Of a DNA stretch of 24,484 nucleotides, positions 17,716 to 24,484 are shown piece by piece. This stretch comes from Vulcanisaeta sp. AZ3. Lineage in GTDB: Archaea; Thermoproteota; Thermoprotei; Thermoproteales; Thermocladiaceae. Positions within the stretch are counted from its first letter, which is position 1; each line of letters begins with the position of its first letter. The stretch is taken from NCBI GenBank assembly GCA_000960865.2, contig JZWU02000023.1:1-24484 (forward strand), given 5' to 3'. Below the pieces are notes generated by a model that was not told the DNA's origin, did not search any database, and saw nothing but the letters and a program-made list of their open reading frames with translations. A program made the position numbers and the translations under genes.

Positions 17716-18484
17716 TTATATGTAGAGGAATATTATAATTAGAGCCCCCACTGCAAGAGACTCAATAAGTAATAACATGCCCATTTTCCTAACCTTAGAC
17801 CTAAGATCCTTAGCACTTAATTTACCCTCCTTAACAGCAATCAACGCCCTAACCGTAGGCTCAGCAACAATTATAAGTGATGCCAGCCCCATAATCACGT
17901 ACAATTCATAAATCAGCACTGGCAATAATGTAAACCAAAAAATAGGAGGAATAATATGGCATTAAATTACGCCTGAATGGTAACCTTCCCTCCACGTAAA
18001 GAGCTGAAAATGCATGATAAATAACCCAAAGCACCGATACAATCACAACTCTACCAATTAAATCACCACCCATTAAGACATACCAAGCAATAAAGGATGA
18101 AGCTATTAGGGCAGTTCCAGAGACATTAGCTAATGCCGACCTACCCCTACCTCTCACAACCTCCATCAGAAATAAGGCAAGTGGTATAGCCGGTATCAGC
18201 AACCATAGACCTAGATACATAAGTAGCACTGCGTAAGGTGCAATGTTAGCTAGAAATACTAAGTAATCATGTAATCCTCCCCTCGAAATAAGACCTAAAT
18301 GAACTCTAATGAGGCTTATGAAATTAAGTATTACGAGGCCCGTCACAAGCATCAACCTGGTGATATTTATATCAATGCCATTCACTATGAACAATGCTAT
18401 TAATGATAATGCATAACTTATTATGACCAATGACAATGCACCTGAGTCTGTATGAACCCTCCTAACAATTGACCTATCACTCAT
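17716..18484 (-). pseudogene. Multi-pass membrane protein (YwiC-like), split by a 1-nt frameshift (possible sequencing error)
   Basis: ORFs 17906-18484 and 17716-17925 overlap. Removing one base from the A6 run at 17937-17942 gives ...PYYSSYFWFTLLPVLIYELYV... and one 255-aa hydrophobic protein. Family call rests on weak resemblance (DSGAL start, RKMG...ES end). Confidence 0.72.
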
Positions 18485-18647
18485 TTACATTACGATAAGT
18501 CATGTCCAGAAATAAGTATTGCTTACGATACTAATACTGCCAATCAAATCATTATTTGTATCGTGAAAAATCTCGATTAGTACTTCATCAGCTGAAAATC
18601 ACTGGTAATAGCGTAAGATTTAATGATACCCTGAATATTACACCCTA

Positions 18648-18698
18648 GTGATGAGAATAATAGGCACCGAAAGGAATGAGGAACTTCCAGGCTTCTGA
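18648..18698 (+). ncRNA. Box C/D methylation-guide sRNA
   Basis: C GTGATGA 18648-18654, 12-nt guide GAATAATAGGCA, D' CCGA 18667-18670, C' ATGAGGA 18676-18682, 12-nt guide ACTTCCAGGCTT, D CTGA 18695-18698. TTTAAT about 25 nt upstream. Ends 4 nt from the convergent nnr stop. Confidence 0.88.
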
Positions 18699-18702
18699 GC
18701 CT

Positions 18703-20313
18703 TCAGTCAATTAGCTTCTTAGCCTGGGTGTGTATTGATGAATTAATTATTGAGTCAACATTTATCAATTTCCTGAAGACTGACGGTATTCTCTCAATAA
18801 CGTCTATTGGGGTTATGTGATAGCCTAACTCCTTAACTGCCATATCACCGGCAAGCCCCGTTATGAATGCTCCAAGAGCTGCTGCCTCAAGCATGTCTTG
18901 AACCTTGACGGCTAGGGCTGAGACCACGCCTGTGAGTACATCACCAGTACCACCAACCGTCATACCTGGATTACCGGTGAAGTTTAGTTTATACTTGTCC
19001 CCGTCACTTATTATGTCCACATTACCCTTAAGAAGTACAATGCCGCCATTAAAGGCTTTCTTCGCAATATCACGAATCTTTTGTGCCTTAGCCCATGGAT
19101 TCTCCTCAGCGGTTACGTCAATACCTGTTAACCACTTAAACTCCCCTGCGTGCGGCGTTACAATAACACCCTTCGCAATTAGGTCCTGTCTCTTTAACTC
19201 GCCAAGAGCCTTTATGGCATCTGCATCAACCACAACCCTCTTACCCACACCCACAGCCCTTGAAACCAACTCAACCACAGCTTTCATGGTGCCTTCCATT
19301 AAGCCAAGTCCCGGGCCTATTGCAATAACACTAGACTTACCAACCTGCTCCATTATTTGATCTACATGACTCATCGTTAAATAATCACCATCAAGCGGTA
19401 TTGCTATTATGCTTGGATCGTGGGCTCTAATGTCCCTGGCTACGTCCCTAGGAGCCATGACTATTGATAAATCCACTCCGGTCCTTAGGGCAGCCTTAGC
19501 TGCCAGGTATATAGCCCCCGTGAATTCCCTTGAACCACCTATGAAGAGGACCCTACCATTATCACCCTTCTTGGAGTTAGGCCTCCTAGCGTAATTGAGG
19601 TAAAGCAGGTCACCAGGACCAACCACATGTTCAGCCTCCTCAGGAATACCGATATCAGCTATTATTAACTCACCAACGTACTGCCTAGCCCTCTCCTTAA
19701 TCAAACCCACCTTAGGCCTATGCATTGTTACAGTCACATGAGCTTTAACTGCCAAATCTTTAACTTCACCAGTGTCCGGGTCCAAGCCGCTTGGTATATC
19801 CACAGCCACTTTATGGGCAGAGGATTTGTTTATGAGCTCTATTGCAGTCGCTTGAGGCTCCCTGAGCATACCCTTAATACCAGTGCCTATTATGGCATCA
19901 ATTATTACCTCAGCCCATGGTTGAAACAAGTCTTGGCTTGTCAATAGGTCATACGGCGTGGGTGCTTCTATTATTTCAAGATTCAGGTTCCTCAGTATTG
20001 TTAAATTATCAACAACTAACTCTTCCCTGGCATCATTAATTCTACCGAGGAGTAAGACCCTGACCTCTTTACCCCATGAGTGTAGGTACCTCGCGGCCAC
20101 TAAACCATCACCTCCATTATCACCGAGACCTGCCACTACAAGGACCCTCTTGGCATTTGAGTACCTCTCAATGACTGTGGTAGCCACGGCTTTACCTGCA
20201 TTCTCCATGAGTAGGTGCCTATCGATGCCCATATAAACGGAGTTAGCGTCGATAACCCTCATTTCCAAGGTTGTTATTGCACTCGAGGACCAATCCCTAT
20301 AATCACTCAGCAT
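18703..20313 (-). CDS. nnr: Bifunctional NAD(P)H-hydrate epimerase / ADP-dependent dehydratase (YjeF)
   Basis: N-domain LMENAG, GDNGGDG, DAIIGTG, DIPSG. C-domain KGDNG, GPGLG, VDADA, TPHAGEF, LKG, GGTGDVLTG. Confidence 0.96.
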   Translation of the reverse strand: MLSDYRDWSSSAITTLEMRVIDANSVYMGIDRHLLMENAGKAVATTVIERYSNAKRVLVVAGLGDNGGDGLVAARYLHSWGKEVRVLLLGRINDAREELVVDNLTILRNLNLEIIEAPTPYDLLTSQDLFQPWAEVIIDAIIGTGIKGMLREPQATAIELINKSSAHKVAVDIPSGLDPDTGEVKDLAVKAHVTVTMHRPKVGLIKERARQYVGELIIADIGIPEEAEHVVGPGDLLYLNYARRPNSKKGDNGRVLFIGGSREFTGAIYLAAKAALRTGVDLSIVMAPRDVARDIRAHDPSIIAIPLDGDYLTMSHVDQIMEQVGKSSVIAIGPGLGLMEGTMKAVVELVSRAVGVGKRVVVDADAIKALGELKRQDLIAKGVIVTPHAGEFKWLTGIDVTAEENPWAKAQKIRDIAKKAFNGGIVLLKGNVDIISDGDKYKLNFTGNPGMTVGGTGDVLTGVVSALAVKVQDMLEAAALGAFITGLAGDMAVKELGYHITPIDVIERIPSVFRKLINVDSIINSSIHTQAKKLID

Positions 20314-20659
20314 TAAGGCACTGCATAATTATTAACCCTTAAAAAGACTTCCACGCGAGATTTGGCCTCGCTAGGATGAACATGCCCAATAAATATTGAA
20401 CCTGGTAATTATTTATAAAAATCAGGAACAAACTTTAGGAAATATTATGTCCGTATTAAGATTGAGGGTAATTTAATGTAGCTACTGAGATAAACATATC
20501 AAACGTTAATATAGATAGGATTATGACAGGGCTTGCAGACATCTATGATCTACTGATTAGGATTAAGGACCGTGGTAAGAGTACTTAAATTAAGCAGTTC
20601 TTATAATTAACGAGGAATCACACAAAATATACAAAAAGGTTAATATCTTGTGTTGAGTA

Positions 20660-21283
20660 ATGATTAAGGCTGCAATATTAGATGTTGATGGTGTACTAAC
20701 CCACTTTAGGTCGGCTTGGCAACATCTTCACAGAATATTAGGTACTGAGACCTGGGCTTCGGTGAATAGGGATGCATATAAGGAGGGCCTTATTGATTAT
20801 AAAGACTGGGCCTTAGTTGATGCATTACTTTGGTTCGGTGTGCCTAGGATGTGGGTTGAGCCACCGATAACCTTGAGGAAGGGTGCTCTTGATTTGTTAA
20901 AAGTCCTTAAGGACAGTGGTGTAAAGGTCATTGCAGTTAGTGGAGGGTTAAACTATACGGCTGTGCCTATTGGTAATTATGTTGATTATTTCATTAGTAA
21001 TGAGTTGGTAATTGGTGATGATGAGTCCTTGATTTCCGTCAGAATTGTTGTTGAGAATAAGGGTTTTGTTGATGAATTAATTAAAGAAATGGGTATTAAT
21101 TGGGATGAGGTTATTGCAGTTGGCGATAGTGATATGGACATGCCGATGCTCAAGAGAGCTGGTTATCCCGTAGCTTACAATCCTGTTAGTGAGAATGTAA
21201 TTAATACTGCACGTATTGTAATTAACTCTGATACTCTATATCCACTTATTAACATTATTAAGATAATACTAAGTATCAAGTGA
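20660..21283 (+). CDS. HAD-IB family phosphatase (phosphoserine phosphatase-like)
   Basis: DVDGVL motif I, VSGG motif II, K, and GDSDMD motif IV. Confidence 0.87.
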   Translation: MIKAAILDVDGVLTHFRSAWQHLHRILGTETWASVNRDAYKEGLIDYKDWALVDALLWFGVPRMWVEPPITLRKGALDLLKVLKDSGVKVIAVSGGLNYTAVPIGNYVDYFISNELVIGDDESLISVRIVVENKGFVDELIKEMGINWDEVIAVGDSDMDMPMLKRAGYPVAYNPVSENVINTARIVINSDTLYPLINIIKIILSIK

Positions 21284-21338
21284 TGCTTATGTATCGTATA
21301 CGTATACGTTAAGTAATGCATTTAATACCGCCAAGCGG

Positions 21339-22613
21339 ATGTTGCTTATGCCTGACACAACAATTGAGGACTTAGGCATTAGAAAGATATTCAACTCTCG
21401 TGGTGAGGAGACTGTTGAGATTGAGGTTTATCTAACGGATGGTTATGGAAGAGCTGCAGCTCCTTCAGGTGCTTCAAGGGGTAAACACGAGGTAGTTTAT
21501 TTCCCAAACGATGATATTGACTTGGCCGTGAGTACCTTTGAGAAGACCGTGGCCCCCGACCTAATGGGTCTTGACGCAGCAATACAGGGTGAAGTAGATA
21601 CCAGGCTTGAGGAGATTGATGGCACTGATAATTTCTCAAGAATTGGAGGCGCAGTTGCCATAGCCACTTCTATGGCCGTGGCTAAAGCCACCGCAAATAC
21701 ACTTGAGATAGCCCTCTTTCAACACCTCGGTGGTATGAACGTTAGGGATGTGCCTTACCCACTAGGTAATGTAATTGGTGGTGGTAAGCATAGCCGTGGC
21801 CTTGGCCCTGATATTCAGGAATTCCTCGTAATACCATACGGAGCTCCAGACATATACACGGCGCTTAAGGCTAACATTGAGGTTCATAGAGCCGTGTTCA
21901 AAGAGCTTGTTAAGGCTGATCCATCATTCACTGGTGGCCGTAATGATGAGGGTGCTTGGTCAGCAAGAATATCTACAAATACAGCTCTCGAAATCCTGAG
22001 TAAAGCGGTTAAGGAGGTTAGTTCCAGATTTGGGTTTGAGATTGGTATTGGTGTTGATATGGCATCCTCAACTCTCTGGAATGGTGAGAAGTATGTCTAT
22101 AGTAATGAAGGTGTTTTAAGAACACCAAGAGAGCAGTTAGAGTTCGTTAAGGGGTTAATTGAGAAGTATGGACTTGTATATGTGGAAGATCCATTTCATG
22201 AGGAAGACTTCGGATCCTTTGCTGAACTAACAAGCCTGGTTGGTGATAAATGTCTCGTGGTTGGCGATGATTTATTCACAACGAATTCTACAAGGCTTGC
22301 CATTGGCATTAAGGAGAAGGCTGGTAATGCAATTATCATAAAGCCTGACCAAATAGGTACGTTAAGTAAAGCTTGGGAGACTGTGAGGCTGGCAGTGAGT
22401 AATGGTTATGTTCCAGTCGTTAGTCATAGGAGTGGTGATACTGAGTATGAGGTCCTTGCCCACATAGCTGTCGGCTTCGGCGCACCGATAATAAAGAGCG
22501 GCGTTCTCGGCGGTGAGAGAATGGCTAAGTTGAATGAGTTAATAAGGATTTGGGATTACCTAGGGAAAGTTGCTAGGATGAATACCTTCTTACAAAGGAG
22601 ACTTGCGCATTAA
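21339..22613 (+). CDS. eno: Enolase (phosphopyruvate hydratase)
   Basis: NSRG..TVE, PSGAS, GGKH, QEF, DEG, EDP, VGDD and SHRSGDT motifs. Start is likely ATG 21348, about 21 nt after TTTAATA. Confidence 0.97.
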   Translation: MLLMPDTTIEDLGIRKIFNSRGEETVEIEVYLTDGYGRAAAPSGASRGKHEVVYFPNDDIDLAVSTFEKTVAPDLMGLDAAIQGEVDTRLEEIDGTDNFSRIGGAVAIATSMAVAKATANTLEIALFQHLGGMNVRDVPYPLGNVIGGGKHSRGLGPDIQEFLVIPYGAPDIYTALKANIEVHRAVFKELVKADPSFTGGRNDEGAWSARISTNTALEILSKAVKEVSSRFGFEIGIGVDMASSTLWNGEKYVYSNEGVLRTPREQLEFVKGLIEKYGLVYVEDPFHEEDFGSFAELTSLVGDKCLVVGDDLFTTNSTRLAIGIKEKAGNAIIIKPDQIGTLSKAWETVRLAVSNGYVPVVSHRSGDTEYEVLAHIAVGFGAPIIKSGVLGGERMAKLNELIRIWDYLGKVARMNTFLQRRLAH

Positions 22614-22668
22614 TGCATTAGTGAAATAGTGAAATACTTATTAATCTAAGTTCTCTCCGTAATCCCCA

Positions 22669-23349
22669 ATGAGTGAGGAGCGTAAAGAGTCAAGAGATGA
22701 GGGTTTAGCGCCAGTACCTCCGCAGGAGGAATTATTAATAGCCATTGAGCGTTATCTAGCAGCTGGTGTTAGGCTTGGAACCAGGGTCTCTAATGTATAT
22801 TTGCAGAAGAGGGGTTTTGTCTTTTCCGTAAGACCTGATGGCCTTAGAATCCTCAATCTCAGAAAGATTGATGAAAGGATTAGGACTGCAGCAAGGATGA
22901 TCGCAATGTATGATCCTGAGAAGGTTATTGCTTACTCGGCTAAGCCCTATGGCTTTAAACCTGTTGAGATGTTCTGTAAGTTCGTTAGATGTAAGGCAAT
23001 AACTGGGAGGTTTATACCAGGTACATTCACGAATCCAAATCTCAATAATTACATAGAGGCTGACTTACTAATATCCACGGATCCCAAGGCCGATGTACAA
23101 GCAATTGAGGAGGTGGCTAGGATGGGAATACCTGTAATAGCCCTAGTCGACACGGATACCCCTGTCTCTTATGTGGATTTAATAATACCTTGCAATAATA
23201 AAGGTAGGAGGAGCTTAGCTCTGATTTACTGGTTATTGGCTAGGCAGGTGCTTAGGATTAGGGGTGAGCTTAAAGAGAATGAGGATTTACCAGTAACTCC
23301 AGAGGACTTCGAGGTTAAGACATCTCTTGAGGGTGTGCCTCAGCAATGA
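22669..23349 (+). CDS. rps2: 30S ribosomal protein S2 (uS2)
   Basis: YLAAGVRLGT, RPDG, GRFIPGTFTNP, DP..D.QA..E and IPCNNKGR.SL motifs. Confidence 0.97.
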   Translation: MSEERKESRDEGLAPVPPQEELLIAIERYLAAGVRLGTRVSNVYLQKRGFVFSVRPDGLRILNLRKIDERIRTAARMIAMYDPEKVIAYSAKPYGFKPVEMFCKFVRCKAITGRFIPGTFTNPNLNNYIEADLLISTDPKADVQAIEEVARMGIPVIALVDTDTPVSYVDLIIPCNNKGRRSLALIYWLLARQVLRIRGELKENEDLPVTPEDFEVKTSLEGVPQQ

Positions 23350-23391
23350 GGAAGTAAGCATTTTTAACCAACCATTAATCTAGTTAATGTA

Positions 23392-24252
23392 ATGGTTAAT
23401 GTACGTAAACCGGCAGTTGCAGGTTATTTTTACGAGGCAAATAAGGATAAGCTTATTGAGCAGATAGAATGGTCAATAAGGCATCCCCTAGGCCCAGGTC
23501 AGTTGGTCAAGAAACCACGTGAGGGTTATAGGGCAGTACCCATCGTGATAGTGCCGCATGCCGGTTACATTTACTCAGGACCTGTGGCTGCCATGTCCTT
23601 TGCTGAAATATATAGGTTTCACGAACCGAGGACTTTCGTAATTGTTGGGCCCAATCATTACGGCATCGGATCTCCCGTGGCAATATACCCAGAAGGTGCT
23701 TGGGAGACGCCTCTAGGAACTCTTGAGATAGATTCTGAGGTCGCGAAGGAACTAATGAATAGAGTTAAGTATCTTGAGCCTGATGCTAATGCGTTTGTTC
23801 AAGAGCATTCACTTGAGGTCCAATTACCCTTCATACAGTATATCTTTGGCAATAATGTAAAGATAGTGCCAATAATCCTAATTAGGCAGTCAAAGGAAGT
23901 TGCTAAGGATTTGGGTAATGCAATAGCGGAGGCTGTCTCTAATCATGCGCCCGGCTCAGTAGTTTATGTGGCATCCAGCGATTGGAACCACTATGAACCA
24001 CATGAAGTGACCACAGAAAAAGATATGAAAGCCATCGATCCTGTTCTTAAGCTAGATGAGGATTCATTCTACGATATAATTGAGCGTTATGATGTCTCAG
24101 CATGCGGTTATGGAGCTATAGCCACAGCAATAATTGCTGCCAAAAGGCTTAACGTTAAGAACGTTATCCTCCTTAGGCATGCAACTTCTGGTGATACGAG
24201 TGGCTATACTCTAGAGACAGTAGGTTACGCCTCAATAGCATTTTACTTATGA
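23392..24252 (+). CDS. MEMO1 family protein (AmmeMemoRadiSam protein B)
   Basis: RKPAVAG.FY, PHAGYIYSG, GPNH, EHSLEVQLPF, SSDWNHY, CGYG and VGYAS motifs. eno-rps2-memo is a known archaeal neighbourhood. Confidence 0.94.
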   Translation: MVNVRKPAVAGYFYEANKDKLIEQIEWSIRHPLGPGQLVKKPREGYRAVPIVIVPHAGYIYSGPVAAMSFAEIYRFHEPRTFVIVGPNHYGIGSPVAIYPEGAWETPLGTLEIDSEVAKELMNRVKYLEPDANAFVQEHSLEVQLPFIQYIFGNNVKIVPIILIRQSKEVAKDLGNAIAEAVSNHAPGSVVYVASSDWNHYEPHEVTTEKDMKAIDPVLKLDEDSFYDIIERYDVSACGYGAIATAIIAAKRLNVKNVILLRHATSGDTSGYTLETVGYASIAFYL

Positions 24253-24311
24253 GGACTATCTATTAAAATATCAAAATCTTATTTAATTAGTCACTTAAAT
24301 AATGCAGTGAT

Positions 24312-24482
24312 ATGAGCGCTGTTAGGATATTCTTTGAGATTCTCCTAATAATAGTGGCCTTGGCATTAATATACACTATAGTTAAGCCTTTCAAGGTTGA
24401 AGTTAAGGAGTATATACTTAGTATTAATAATAGGCAGATCAGTGAGTTATTGTATATTAGTGGTTACATAATATATAATTAG
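24312..24482 (+). CDS. Putative small membrane protein (56 aa) or 5' fragment of an interrupted gene
   Basis: Manual translation: MSAVRIFFEILLIIVALALIYTIVKPFKVEVKEYILSINNRQISELLYISGYIIYN*, with one N-terminal hydrophobic helix. TTTAAT about 25-30 nt upstream. Not listed in the ORF track. Confidence 0.5.
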   Translation: MSAVRIFFEILLIIVALALIYTIVKPFKVEVKEYILSINNRQISELLYISGYIIYN

Positions 24483-24484
24483 GT

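Noticed and set aside
18540-18592. Minus-strand CTGATGA near 18586-18592 as a fourth C/D sRNA
   Set aside because: No properly spaced D', C' and D boxes follow it.
18905-20236. Antisense ORFs within nnr (151, 61, 75 and 92 aa)
   Set aside because: Shadow frames of a well-supported gene, with Ser/Thr/Pro-rich mirror composition and no motifs.
20314-20659. 345-nt gap between divergent nnr and HAD genes as an ncRNA or small gene
   Set aside because: No complete C/D box set, GC-rich stem or credible ORF was seen; each flank has its own TATA box.

Overview
A gene-dense, AT-rich segment of core archaeal genome. Gene content, TATA-proximal (leaderless-looking) starts and tRNA style point to a crenarchaeon of the Thermoproteales, probably Vulcanisaeta-like (inference). 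It holds about 26 coding regions: a partial cdc48, HMG-CoA synthase, CTP-dependent riboflavin kinase/regulator, a gar1-tfb-TFEbeta-2H phosphoesterase cluster, carbamate kinase, a frameshifted sirC, upp, a ThiF/MoeB E1-like enzyme, GTP-PEPCK, nnr, and eno-rps2-MEMO1. There are two intron-less tRNAs (Leu-GAG, Lys-TTT). I see no CRISPR array, transposase, integrase or provirus. The main signal missed by the ORF track is three intergenic box C/D guide sRNAs (about 2549, 11629 and 18648). Their guides appear to target the 23S peptidyl-transferase centre (U2552 and A2598 equivalents), tRNA-Gln(UUG) U34 and a tRNA D-loop; two guides have no target I can recognise. Target assignments rest on recalled rRNA/tRNA consensus sequences, not on this organism's own sequences. 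Three independent 1-nt homopolymer indels (sirC, a YwiC-like gene, the tRNA-Leu acceptor stem) most likely reflect sequencing error. I found no convincing wholly novel multi-gene system.
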